A program made the translations under genes and the position numbers. 64,000 bases of DNA from a virus (lineage: Duplodnaviria; Caudoviricetes). The stretch lies in IMG/VR virus record IMGVR_UViG_3300044627_003892, one strand, 5' to 3'. The number at the start of each line of letters is the position of its first letter. The first letter of the stretch is position 1. The notes under the pieces were generated by a model, which worked only from the letters and a program-made list of their open reading frames with translations, did no database searches and was not told the origin of the DNA. This document shows positions 10,886-20,629 of the stretch, in pieces.

Positions 10886-11347
10886 TTATATATTAATTAT
10901 TACAAAACTACTTGAGTTAAAGACATCATTTGTTATTTGATAATCAATTCTTACTTTAGCAGTATATTCTTTAGTTGCTAATCCTGGTATTGTTAATTGT
11001 GTATTTACAACATTTCCTTCTGTTGTAACATATGGTCCGGCTTCTTCTGATGAAAGAGCGGTAACCCTTATTGATGTTATCAATAAGTTAGGTATATATG
11101 TCTCCACAGAATCTTTAATCTCCGATTCAATATCATTAAATGTTGGTCCATCTAATGGTTCAAAAATATATTCATACAATCTTGTACCAAAATCAGGTAA
11201 AAAATATCTACTACCTTTTCGAGTTAATAATAAATGTATTAAATTATTTTTAATCTCATCACTAGTAGTTTCAGATAAATTAAGATATTTTCCAGTTAAG
11301 GAATCACCAAAAGGAAAATTAATACCGTATGTTACACCATTACCCAT
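10886..11347 (-). CDS. Baseplate wedge subunit, T4 gp25-like
   Basis: IKNNLIHLLLTRKGSRYFLPDFGTRLYEYIFEP matches the gp25/GPW pattern (L.T..GER...P.FG..L...FEP). Confidence 0.9.
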   Translation of the reverse strand: MGNGVTYGINFPFGDSLTGKYLNLSETTSDEIKNNLIHLLLTRKGSRYFLPDFGTRLYEYIFEPLDGPTFNDIESEIKDSVETYIPNLLITSIRVTALSSEEAGPYVTTEGNVVNTQLTIPGLATKEYTAKVRIDYQITNDVFNSSSFVIINI

Positions 11348-11369
11348 ATTTCATAAATAGTATGAAATT

Positions 11370-11393
11370 AAAAATCCCGACCTAGCTCGGGAT
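11370..11393 (-). terminator. Rho-independent terminator after nrdA
   Basis: Minus strand ATCCCGA-GCTAGG-TCGGGAT followed by a T run, about 17 nt after the nrdA stop. Confidence 0.75.
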
Positions 11394-11409
11394 AACACAT
11401 CGGATTTTT

Positions 11410-13842
11410 TTAAGAAGAACAACCAAAACAATCAAATTCACTATTTTCAGGTTTGTCAGGTAGATTCATATAACTGTAATCAACCTTTGGTGGTTCAGGT
11501 GTTGGTTTTGGTTTGTTAATTTTTGATACGTCCATAGCCAAGTGTTTAGCTCCCGTTGAGATTGCTCTTGTTCTAACGTAATAACAAAGTGTTTTCAATC
11601 CTTTTTCCCATCCATAAAAATGTGATGATGAAATCTTTGACAATGTTGGGTTTGACATATAGATATTCATTGATTGTGATTGGTCAATGAACGGTGCTCT
11701 GTCAGCCGCCATTTCAATCAATGCCTTTTGTGAGATTTCCCAAATTGTTTTATACTTTTCAATCAGTCTTTCAATTCTCTTAACTTTAAAGTTATATCTT
11801 TTATCTTCAGGGTCCAAATAATTCAAGAAGTTAATTCCTTGAATTGAACCTTCATTCATAATGATTTCATTCTTTAAGTCCTCAGACCAAATTCCAATCT
11901 TCTCAAAATCACTAATCAAATACTTGTTAACAATCATAATCTCACCACCAATTACACGTCTGTTGAAAATTGCTGAATGAGCAGGTTCTGTCATTTCATA
12001 TGACCCTGTAATCTTAGCTGAAGACGCTACAGGCATTTGAGCCGTAAATAATGAGTTACAAACTCCGTATTTACTAACATTTTCTTTTAGTGTCCCCCAA
12101 GGCCATCTTCCTGATAACTCATCTTCTTTCAATCCCCACATATCAAATTGGAATACCCCTTGTGACATTGGTGACCCTTCAAAGTGAGTGTATGGTTCAT
12201 ACTTACCATCTATACACAATCTGTTACTTTCAGTGATTGCTGCGAAATAGATTGTTTCAAAAATCTCTTTATTTAATTTACGAGCCTCTTCAGATGTGAA
12301 GATGTAATCCATCAAATAGAATACATCCGCAAGTCCTTGAGTTCCAATAGCAATTGCTCTTTGGTCTAATCCACCCTTATGACCTTTTTCAGTTGAATAA
12401 CTATTAATGTTAACTACTTTATTTAATGCTCTAACAACCTTACGGGTTTCATCATACAACCCTTTAAAATCAAACTCACCATCTTTTACATAGTTCTTTA
12501 ACACCATAGATGAAAGAGTACAGATTGCTGTAGTTTTCTCGTCAGTATACTGGTAAATCTCATTACAAAGATTTGATTGTTTGATTACACCAATGTTCTG
12601 ATGGTTTGTCTTTCTATTAGCACTATCTTTAGAACATAAGTATGGAACCCCTGTTTCAACTTGTGATTCAATAATCTTATTCCAAATTTCCTGAGCCTTA
12701 ACTTTCTTACCAAGACCCATACTTACGGCTAATTTATAATTTTCTTCATATTCATCACCGTAACTTTCTTGTAATGGTTTGATACCCGCCTTAATAATAT
12801 CGTTAGGACAAAACAAATACCAATCGTTGTTGTTCTTAACTGCGTTCATAAAGTTGTCAGGAATCCAAAGTGCTGTAAACAAATCACGAGCTCTTAATTC
12901 CTCAGCTCCTGTGTTCTTTTTAATTTCCAATAAGTCAAAGATATCTTTATGCCAAGGTTCCAAGTAAATCGCTGCCGAACCAGGTCTACGTCCTTGTTGA
13001 TTAAAGAAACGAAGTGACTCGTTAACAATCTTCAAATACTTTAATAATCCACCAGCATATCCACCTGAAGATGAAATACGACTCTCCTTACTACGAATGT
13101 TAGACATTGATAATCCGATACCCGCAGCGTCAGATGAGTAGGTTGAGATATCTCTCATGGTATTTAACAAACCTTCTCTTGAATCCGAATCATTATAATG
13201 AAGAACACAAGAAGCAAGTTGTGGTGTTTTAGTACCAGCATTAATCATGATTGGTGTTGCCGGAGATATTCTTTGTGTTGATAACGCTTGGTAATACTCA
13301 ACCGCCTCCTCAAATGTGTTAGTCACCCAAAGAGCAACTCTCATATACATATGTTGTGGACGTTCAACTACTTTACCTTCCGACAATTTTAAAAGATACA
13401 TTTCAGCAAGTGACCTCCAAGCAAAATAATCAAAGTTATAATCATTATCGTGATTGATAACTTCATCAATGTTAGAAGGTCCGTATTTTTCAATAGTCTC
13501 CATTAATTTTTCATTGATGATACCTTCACCATGTAACAAATGCATTGTGTTTGAAAAACTTGGGTCAGTTTCCTTATGGTAAGATGAAATAGCAACTGAC
13601 GAAGCTAATCTTGAGTAATCGTGATGACTACCTGTAAATGCCGCAGCAATTTCATAGATTAACTTATCTAATTCTTTTGTTGTAATAATACCTTCAGTTG
13701 GTACTGAAGTGATAACCTTAATAAAGATTTCATCGGAGTTGACACTCAACCCCTTTGAAGCTCTTTTGATACGGTTATAAATTTTCTGTGGATTAAATGA
13801 CGAATCATCTCCACTTCTTTTTTTAATTTTAAGTGACATCAT
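11410..13842 (-). CDS. nrdA: Ribonucleotide reductase class Ia large subunit
   Basis: N-terminal ATP cone, SPATP, QLASC, SNLCNEI (thiyl Cys), TLCYYVR, C-terminal CFGCSS. No intein or intron seen. Confidence 0.97.
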   Translation of the reverse strand: MMSLKIKKRSGDDSSFNPQKIYNRIKRASKGLSVNSDEIFIKVITSVPTEGIITTKELDKLIYEIAAAFTGSHHDYSRLASSVAISSYHKETDPSFSNTMHLLHGEGIINEKLMETIEKYGPSNIDEVINHDNDYNFDYFAWRSLAEMYLLKLSEGKVVERPQHMYMRVALWVTNTFEEAVEYYQALSTQRISPATPIMINAGTKTPQLASCVLHYNDSDSREGLLNTMRDISTYSSDAAGIGLSMSNIRSKESRISSSGGYAGGLLKYLKIVNESLRFFNQQGRRPGSAAIYLEPWHKDIFDLLEIKKNTGAEELRARDLFTALWIPDNFMNAVKNNNDWYLFCPNDIIKAGIKPLQESYGDEYEENYKLAVSMGLGKKVKAQEIWNKIIESQVETGVPYLCSKDSANRKTNHQNIGVIKQSNLCNEIYQYTDEKTTAICTLSSMVLKNYVKDGEFDFKGLYDETRKVVRALNKVVNINSYSTEKGHKGGLDQRAIAIGTQGLADVFYLMDYIFTSEEARKLNKEIFETIYFAAITESNRLCIDGKYEPYTHFEGSPMSQGVFQFDMWGLKEDELSGRWPWGTLKENVSKYGVCNSLFTAQMPVASSAKITGSYEMTEPAHSAIFNRRVIGGEIMIVNKYLISDFEKIGIWSEDLKNEIIMNEGSIQGINFLNYLDPEDKRYNFKVKRIERLIEKYKTIWEISQKALIEMAADRAPFIDQSQSMNIYMSNPTLSKISSSHFYGWEKGLKTLCYYVRTRAISTGAKHLAMDVSKINKPKPTPEPPKVDYSYMNLPDKPENSEFDCFGCSS

Positions 13843-13862
13843 AGTTCTATATAAGTAATAAA

Positions 13863-14822
13863 TTAGAAATCGTCAGTAAAGGACAAAGTTTCATTTAATT
13901 TAGCCTTTTGGTATTCAACAGTTCTTGACTCAAAGAAATTACCTTTTGTTTCAACTGCGATTTGTTCCATAAATTTGAACGGTTGTTCAACATTAAATTG
14001 TTTTTTACATCCAAATTTTACTAATAATCCATCAACCACAAACTCAAGATATTGTTTCATTAAATTTGAATTCATACCAATAAGTGAAACTGGTAGAGAT
14101 TCAGTAATGAACTCTTTTTCAATCTCTAATGCTGACAATAGAATTTCTTTAATTCTTTTTTCACTCGGTTTGTTTTCAATGTGATTGTTTAATAAGTGAA
14201 TTGCAAAGTCACAGTGTAGGTTTTCATCTTTGAAAATCAAAGCGTTAGCATTACACAATCCTTGCATAATACCTCTTGATTTCAACCAAAAGATAGAACA
14301 GAATGAACCTGAAAAGAAGATACCTTCTACCGCAGCAAACGCAACCAATCTTTCTTGGAACGACGCATTTTCAATCCAATCCAAAGCCCATTTAGCCTTC
14401 TTCTGAACTGCAGGTAGGTTATCTAAAGCAGTAAAACATTTGTTCTTCTCATCTTCATTTGACACGTAAGTATCAATAAGAAGTGAGTACATTAGACTAT
14501 GGATGTTTTCCATTGCTAACTGAATTCCGTAAAAGAATTTTGCCTCAGGATATTGTACTTCTCTGTAGAAATTCTCAGCCAAGTTTTCATTTACAATACC
14601 ATCTGATGCTGCGAAAAACGATAAAATATTTTTTACAAAATACTGTTCATTCTCTGATAAGTTTTCCCAATCACGTAGGTCACCACTTAAATCTATTTCT
14701 TCTGCCGTCCAAAACGCAGCTTGATGCATCTTATAATATTCCCAAATATCGTTGTACTTGATTGGGAATATTACAAAACGATTTGGATTTTCTACTAAAA
14801 TTTTTTCCATTTTTTGTTCCAT
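13863..14822 (-). CDS. nrdB: Ribonucleotide reductase class Ia small subunit
   Basis: [30 protein letters not shown] (radical Tyr), [19 protein letters not shown]. The start may be the second Met. Confidence 0.97.
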   Translation of the reverse strand: MEQKMEKILVENPNRFVIFPIKYNDIWEYYKMHQAAFWTAEEIDLSGDLRDWENLSENEQYFVKNILSFFAASDGIVNENLAENFYREVQYPEAKFFYGIQLAMENIHSLMYSLLIDTYVSNEDEKNKCFTALDNLPAVQKKAKWALDWIENASFQERLVAFAAVEGIFFSGSFCSIFWLKSRGIMQGLCNANALIFKDENLHCDFAIHLLNNHIENKPSEKRIKEILLSALEIEKEFITESLPVSLIGMNSNLMKQYLEFVVDGLLVKFGCKKQFNVEQPFKFMEQIAVETKGNFFESRTVEYQKAKLNETLSFTDDF

Positions 14823-14835
14823 ATTGTTTTAATAA

Positions 14836-16206
14836 TTATACTGTTGTTTGTTTTCTTTTCTCCATAATTTCTTTAATTCTACTTCTATTTCTTTCTTCCT
14901 TCTGTTCTTCAAGTCCTAAGAATGTTGTAGTACTTTCTGTATCAATTTCTAACATTTCGTTATTGAACTTACAGTTTTCAAATACCACCCCGTCTTTACC
15001 AATTCTTGACTTTGTGATAGCAATCGTCGCAAGATTTAATTCTTTTTGTTGTAGTGACTTGGCTACCGTGATGATAACGTGTCCTACCTGAGCTTTCTTA
15101 ATAGAACCACCCATTTGGTCAGTTGTAACCACATCAGATGAAATAGAACTTCTATTACCCTGTGTTGCCGTCCAACCGGCAATATCCAATTCATGACACA
15201 TTGACTCAAATGCTCTCATAACTGAACCTTCAGATTTCCATTCATCGTCCATCATCTTTTCAGGTGTTACACAATCAATATAATCCAAAATAACAACATC
15301 AATCCTTGTCCCGTCAGCAATCATCTTTCTAATCTGATTTTTAATCTGATTCATCGTTAATGTATCCGAAGGTAACTTTTTCATAATCAACTTGTTTGGC
15401 ATGGTTTCTTTAATCTCAGCGATTTTAGCCATAACCTTTTCTTTATGATTACCAAGTTCGTCAGGTGCTATACCCGTCCAACACGTAAAATGTTTTCTCT
15501 GAATGATTTTATAGTTATCCTCAAAGAAGATTTGTAAAACATTAAACCCTAAATTAAAAGCGTGATTAGCAATCTTTGTGGTCAGTGTTGATTTACCAAC
15601 ACCAGTGGGTGCTAATATAACACCAATTTCTCCTTTTGCCAAACCACCTTTCAAAAGATTGTCAATACCCGGTATTCCCATAGGGATTGGATGTCTATAA
15701 TCATCCGCTAATACCTCATCTAAGTCTTGAAACACATCTCCCGTTCCTCTATCCACGTTTCCAACCTGTAAAGCTCCTCTAACCATTTCTTCCAAGGTAT
15801 CGTAGTTTTCAAACTCACCGTGGTCAATGATTTTCTTAGCTTTATCCATAACTTTTTGAAGTTCTTGTTGTTTACAAAACTTCAAAGCCTTTTCCTGAAC
15901 AAACTGAGTACCCTCTTCGGTAACATTCTGTATATCAGAAATAGTGTCAAGAGTTATCTTTAATAATAACTCCTGACTAATTTCACTCTTAGCTTTTTGT
16001 TGAATTGTCTCAAAACTAGGACTGTGTTCAAACTTTGAATAGTATTCTTTTACCATCTGAACAAATAATCTAAAGTATTTGTTTTCAAAATAAGTAGATT
16101 CTATCACCTCAATAATTGAGTGTGAAAAATCCTTATCAAGTATCATTTGATTAAGAAGTTGTAATTGGAAGGTCTCTCCCAAATAGTCAAAATTTTTGTC
16201 AGCCAT
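14836..16206 (-). CDS. Replicative DnaB-like helicase (T4 gp41-like)
   Basis: Walker A APTGVGKST, Walker B VILDYID, WTATQGNRS, KSR arginine-finger region. Confidence 0.9.
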   Translation of the reverse strand: MADKNFDYLGETFQLQLLNQMILDKDFSHSIIEVIESTYFENKYFRLFVQMVKEYYSKFEHSPSFETIQQKAKSEISQELLLKITLDTISDIQNVTEEGTQFVQEKALKFCKQQELQKVMDKAKKIIDHGEFENYDTLEEMVRGALQVGNVDRGTGDVFQDLDEVLADDYRHPIPMGIPGIDNLLKGGLAKGEIGVILAPTGVGKSTLTTKIANHAFNLGFNVLQIFFEDNYKIIQRKHFTCWTGIAPDELGNHKEKVMAKIAEIKETMPNKLIMKKLPSDTLTMNQIKNQIRKMIADGTRIDVVILDYIDCVTPEKMMDDEWKSEGSVMRAFESMCHELDIAGWTATQGNRSSISSDVVTTDQMGGSIKKAQVGHVIITVAKSLQQKELNLATIAITKSRIGKDGVVFENCKFNNEMLEIDTESTTTFLGLEEQKEERNRSRIKEIMEKRKQTTV

Positions 16207-16231
16207 ATTATGTTTGTTTTTAGAATAAATA

Positions 16232-16684
16232 TCAACGAGCCAGCTGATAACCCATGTATTCGTGTGTTAAATTTCTAGATGACAACACGTCAGTAAGACC
16301 AAAAAGGATACCTTTTAGGAACGGGCGTATGTCTACGGTGTATCTCACCTTCGGTGGATAAAGTTTAGCATCAAACGTATAATGACACATTGTCGTATCA
16401 CCATTTTTGATATAGATGTTAAACGACTCAGGTCCATCAGTGAATGATGTGTTCAATACCTCAGGGTCTTCACTAATCTGATATTGATTGTCCAACATGT
16501 AGTTTACAGTTTTCATCTTGAAATTTTCTTTCAATTCTGAAATGAAACCATCCATCAAATCAATCAACTCAGCCGAGTTGTGAGCCTTTGGGCTATACCC
16601 CTTAACGTTAAAAAAACGTTGTACGATAAAATTGTTGTTTACCGTCATCAAGAATTCCAGTTTGGTAATGTCTTGTTCTTTCAT
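16232..16684 (-). CDS. Hypothetical protein in the replication operon
   Basis: 150 aa ORF packed between the exonuclease and helicase genes. No motif recognised. Confidence 0.7.
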   Translation of the reverse strand: MKEQDITKLEFLMTVNNNFIVQRFFNVKGYSPKAHNSAELIDLMDGFISELKENFKMKTVNYMLDNQYQISEDPEVLNTSFTDGPESFNIYIKNGDTTMCHYTFDAKLYPPKVRYTVDIRPFLKGILFGLTDVLSSRNLTHEYMGYQLAR

Positions 16685-16692
16685 AATTTATG

Positions 16693-17697
16693 TTATTTTT
16701 TGTTTGTTTTTGTTTTTTCTTTTCTTGTTAACTTCATGAATGGTTGGATGAAGTATGTCCATGAGTCGTCACCCTTTGGTAGGTATTTAAACAACCCGTC
16801 TTGAACCATATACTTAATTAAGTTCTTGTAACTTCTACCTTCAATATCTAATTTTTCGGTAACAATTGATAGTATTTCTTCTTTGTCTTCATCCCTCAAT
16901 AAAGGATTAGATAAGTCAACAATCTGTTCATTAACTTGGAAAAATTCTTTTTCAAAAATACCTGATTTTGTTTTACCTGTTAAAAGATTCTTTAGAGTTT
17001 GATTGTCTTTTTGTTCTTTTAACAAATCTTCAGCTCTTGTTAAAATATCGTTATAAGAAACTTCTTTTTCAAGTATCTCAGGAAAAAATTTAACTAAAGT
17101 TTTTTCACCCAAAAGATAGATACCTTCAATATTATCTGATTTATCACCAGTTAATATCTTTAAAGTTTTTACGTTATAGTGTGGGAACTCAAAGTCATCA
17201 AATTTAATTCTATCTCCGTGTTTAAACGTAGCTTTAACTGATGGTGAGTATATGGACACGTTTTCGGAAATAAGTTGTGTTAAATCTCTGTCTGATGAAA
17301 AAATAAGTTTATCTTCATTTTCAGATACTTGACAATAATAAGCAATTAAATCGTCGGCTTCTCTACCACTAATCTCTAATTGTCTTATATAGACTTCTTC
17401 CAAATATTGTTTGATACGATTTTTTTGTTTTAAGTAGGACATAAAGATTGCGTCCTCCATAACCAATCGTCGGTTTTGTTTGTATTTGGGATAAAGAATT
17501 CCACGTAAACTCGTGGAATCTTCACCATCCCATAATACTACTACCTTGTCAAAGTTTTGTTCATTTATGAATTTACGTAAAGTATTCATAAAATGATACA
17601 AAGCTCCAATGTGTTCTCCATTGTGGAAGTAATCCTTCACACCATGAAACCCAATTTTCATCAGATTGTTTCCGTCAACAAGTAGTGTTTTTTTCAC
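16693..17697 (-). CDS. 5'-3' exonuclease / T4 RNase H-like flap nuclease
   Basis: LLVDGNNL, YKQNR, EADDLIA, SSDRDLTQL, GDKSDNIEGI (H3TH), GEKT. GTG start. Confidence 0.92.
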   Translation of the reverse strand: MKKTLLVDGNNLMKIGFHGVKDYFHNGEHIGALYHFMNTLRKFINEQNFDKVVVLWDGEDSTSLRGILYPKYKQNRRLVMEDAIFMSYLKQKNRIKQYLEEVYIRQLEISGREADDLIAYYCQVSENEDKLIFSSDRDLTQLISENVSIYSPSVKATFKHGDRIKFDDFEFPHYNVKTLKILTGDKSDNIEGIYLLGEKTLVKFFPEILEKEVSYNDILTRAEDLLKEQKDNQTLKNLLTGKTKSGIFEKEFFQVNEQIVDLSNPLLRDEDKEEILSIVTEKLDIEGRSYKNLIKYMVQDGLFKYLPKGDDSWTYFIQPFMKLTRKEKTKTNKK

Positions 17698-17706
17698 GAA
17701 CTAAAA

Positions 17707-18699
17707 TTAAAATTGTTCGTTTGTAAAAGTTTCTTCAGTCTCGTCAAGAGTTATTTCGCCTGTCCCTGTAAGGATTGCGTTCCAATATTGTGAATACTCT
17801 TTCTTATATGTTTCAAGAGCATCTTTATCGTCAGCGATATATCCTTGAGCAGTTGCGATAATCTTACCATCTTTATATCCTAATCCGTTAATATGGTTCT
17901 TTAGGACAGAAATTTTTGTTCTGATAGCGTAAGATACCGTTCTACCATTTTTAGTGGCAGTAATGTGATTAATACCCGCATTTTTCTGATTACCAAACAA
18001 GAATACAAGAGCTGATGCTAACCAAAGGGCTTCACCACCTTTTGCTTTAATTGTTGGTTGTCCAAATGGATTATCAGGTAATTCAACCCAAGGTTGATTA
18101 ACTACCACCATTGTGTTTGTATATGGGAAATCTTCTTTACGAGATTTAGTAATCCGAGCTTGAATACCCATACCAATCTTATCCGCTAATACAGATGCGT
18201 TATGTTGTTTACCACCTTTACCGTCAAATGTCATCTTACAAGGAACTGAACCAACTGAATCCCAAAGGAAACAAAGAGAATAAGGAATATTACCTTTTTC
18301 TTGTTCGTCTAATAGTTCGTTAATGTAATCTGTAACTTGTTCAATGTAGTCAAAGTTATCGTTAAAGATGAATTGACCATCCCATTCACCATCAACCATT
18401 TTAGCTTCAAGACCAAGTTCTACTGCATGGTCCCAACTCCATTTTTTCTCGGTGATAATAAAAACAGGCAAATGCCCCTTCTTCTGTACAGACACAGCGG
18501 CTTTGACAAGCGCGGTCGTTTTTGAAGAGTTCGAGTGACCCAAGAACATGTTGATGTTACCCAAAGCAGGACCAGGTAAACCGCAACTATTATGGAAAGC
18601 TTCACCGACCTCATAAAAGTCTGTTTCTTTATATTTTGTCTTGGTTGAATATTTGTCTTTGATTGCATCTAATGAAAATTCTTTTTTCTTTATTGCCAT
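17707..18699 (-). CDS. RecA/UvsX-like recombinase
   Basis: P-loop-like GHSNSSKTT, Walker B LWDSVGS, VVVNQ, KGGEAL. Adjacent to the SSB gene. Confidence 0.8.
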   Translation of the reverse strand: MAIKKKEFSLDAIKDKYSTKTKYKETDFYEVGEAFHNSCGLPGPALGNINMFLGHSNSSKTTALVKAAVSVQKKGHLPVFIITEKKWSWDHAVELGLEAKMVDGEWDGQFIFNDNFDYIEQVTDYINELLDEQEKGNIPYSLCFLWDSVGSVPCKMTFDGKGGKQHNASVLADKIGMGIQARITKSRKEDFPYTNTMVVVNQPWVELPDNPFGQPTIKAKGGEALWLASALVFLFGNQKNAGINHITATKNGRTVSYAIRTKISVLKNHINGLGYKDGKIIATAQGYIADDKDALETYKKEYSQYWNAILTGTGEITLDETEETFTNEQF

Positions 18700-18739
18700 A
18701 AATGTCTATGATTTAATTTGTTTGTTGTTTAAAAATAGC

Positions 18740-18778
18740 AAAGGTTGGACACTTTGTGTATGTTAGTGTCCAACCTTT
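18740..18778. repeat. Perfect 14-bp inverted repeat between SSB and RecA-like genes
   Basis: AAAGGTTGGACACT (18740-18753), an 11-nt loop, then AGTGTCCAACCTTT (18765-18778). Confidence 0.9.
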
Positions 18779-18784
18779 TATAAA

Positions 18785-19624
18785 TTAAAATGGTAAATCA
18801 CCATCTGGTTCTGCTTCTGCCTGTGGGTCAACATATGCCCCACCGATAGTACCTTCGTCAGATGAACTATCACCATAAACGTATTTACCTAAATCAGATG
18901 ACCATCTTGGAGTTTCTCCACGAGCAATTGCTTCCAAATACTCAACAGGTTTCTTAGAGTAAACATCCATCCAAGTAAGTGGGTCTTCAGTCCAAGCCTT
19001 AGCCGTTTCAGCATCTGCGTGAACAGGTGTTGGGTCATCATGCATAACAGTCTGAATAACCGTGTAAGTAGCACCTTTTGGTGTCTTCGCCTTTGTCAAT
19101 TCTATGATAAGGTCACGACCATTAACAGGGTCTGTGATATCACCTTTAGCTTTCCAAATCGGAATAATTTTATCAAGGATACCTTCGTTCTTGTAATTGT
19201 GTTTAAAACGCCAAAACTTAACTCCGTCAGCTTCGTTATCACGGTCAACCACTTTAACGATATAGAATTTACGTGGCTTATACGCCTTTGCAAGTTCTTT
19301 ATCAGACTCTTTACCTGTTGACATTAATTCGTCATGAATTTCAGTCAAAGGTGAACGCTCGTTGTCGTTCTTTCCTGGGTCATAGATTTTATTCCATTTA
19401 CCCTCAACTTGTACTTCGTGGTACCATACTTCTTTGAAGGGTGATGACCCGTCAGGTGTAGGTAGAATACGAAGACGTTTCTGTCCTGAGTTCTCATTTT
19501 GCATCAAGATTGCTGCAAAATATTTTTTCATTCTGTCTTCTTGAGACATTTTGTTTGCAGAGTTACCTCCACTTTTCGCTTTTTCATACTGTGCGAGTAC
19601 AGCATCTAGGGAATTTGTCGCCAT
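18785..19624 (-). CDS. Single-stranded DNA-binding protein, T4 gp32-like
   Basis: LRILP..DGSSPFKEVWYH, YIVKVVDRD, DITDPVNGRDLII and an acidic C-terminal tail. Adjacent to the RecA-like gene. Confidence 0.8.
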   Translation of the reverse strand: MATNSLDAVLAQYEKAKSGGNSANKMSQEDRMKKYFAAILMQNENSGQKRLRILPTPDGSSPFKEVWYHEVQVEGKWNKIYDPGKNDNERSPLTEIHDELMSTGKESDKELAKAYKPRKFYIVKVVDRDNEADGVKFWRFKHNYKNEGILDKIIPIWKAKGDITDPVNGRDLIIELTKAKTPKGATYTVIQTVMHDDPTPVHADAETAKAWTEDPLTWMDVYSKKPVEYLEAIARGETPRWSSDLGKYVYGDSSSDEGTIGGAYVDPQAEAEPDGDLPF

Positions 19625-19655
19625 TTTGTGTGTATAATTTATTAGTTAATATTCA

Positions 19656-19684
19656 AGTATAAGTGTGTCAGCCGTAATAGTCAA
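19656..19684 (-). promoter_or_regulatory. Early promoter of the replication operon
   Basis: Minus strand TTGACT-N17-TATACT, 31 nt upstream of the SSB ATG. Confidence 0.75.
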
Positions 19685-19693
19685 ATTCGAAAT

Positions 19694-20374
19694 TTAGAAT
19701 TTCAAAGGTTTGTAACCATTCTCTTCTCCAAAATCGTTAAATGTAGTTTTAATTTCTGATGGTGTATAACTTTCAACTTCATCAGTTGTTAAAACATATT
19801 CATTTTTTCCTGATTTTTCCATATCTTGTTCTTTATCTATAAAGAAATCCGATAATTTTTGATTGTATGGTCCTGAGTCTAAACTTCTCAATTCAAGTTT
19901 TTCTTGTGGAGTTTTTTCTCTGTATTTTTCAATCTTAGATTCAATATCATTTAATTTTGTAAAAATACCTTCCATATCTTTTAATTTACTTTCTAAACCA
20001 TTTAACTGATTAAAAAGATTATTAAAGTATTCTTCTTGTTTTGTTTCAATATTTTGTTGTGACTTTACTAAATCAGTAATTTCCAATTCTTCAGTTCCTG
20101 TTTCTTCAGAACCTTCATCCCCAACTTTTTCAACATCAGGGTCATTCTCAACATCAATAGGTTCAGGTTCGGTTGACGCTGGAGGTGTTGTACCCGCAAC
20201 ATCTGCCTCTCCACCAGGCGCTGGAGGTGGTGGTGGTACCGCACCTGGTTCAGGAGTTGCTAATGGGTCATCACCAGGAGCCGGAATTGTTGTCCCCGCA
20301 TCTTGTTCTAAAATATAATTATTAATTTTATTATATCTTCTTAACTCTTCTATAATTGTTTGTGATATTGCCAT
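19694..20374 (-). CDS. Acidic, Pro-rich hypothetical protein (possible internal head protein)
   Basis: 226 aa. N-terminal IIEE...ILEQ, PPPPPAP linker, C-terminal coiled coil. Confidence 0.6.
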   Translation of the reverse strand: MAISQTIIEELRRYNKINNYILEQDAGTTIPAPGDDPLATPEPGAVPPPPPAPGGEADVAGTTPPASTEPEPIDVENDPDVEKVGDEGSEETGTEELEITDLVKSQQNIETKQEEYFNNLFNQLNGLESKLKDMEGIFTKLNDIESKIEKYREKTPQEKLELRSLDSGPYNQKLSDFFIDKEQDMEKSGKNEYVLTTDEVESYTPSEIKTTFNDFGEENGYKPLKF

Positions 20375-20375
20375 T

Positions 20376-20600
20376 TTAACCGTTTAATAATTGTTTGAAA
20401 CCTTGTGTTGTTTCTACGTTTATTTTTTTATTAGTATGAAGAGTATTATTAACTCTTTCAATTAATCCATCTTTCATTCTGATTGTATAACAATCACCAG
20501 TATCTAAATCACAAACTTCTTTGAAACCATTTCCTTTATCTGTTTCAGTTATTCTTGTGCTTTTTCCAAGATATCTGTCTAAAATTTCTTTAGTGCCCAT
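20376..20600 (-). CDS. Small hypothetical protein
   Basis: 74 aa, preceded by the TATTTAT motif (20615-20621). Contains CDLDTGDC. Confidence 0.7.
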   Translation of the reverse strand: MGTKEILDRYLGKSTRITETDKGNGFKEVCDLDTGDCYTIRMKDGLIERVNNTLHTNKKINVETTQGFKQLLNG

Positions 20601-20629
20601 AATTGTTTTTTATTATAAATATATCTCTG

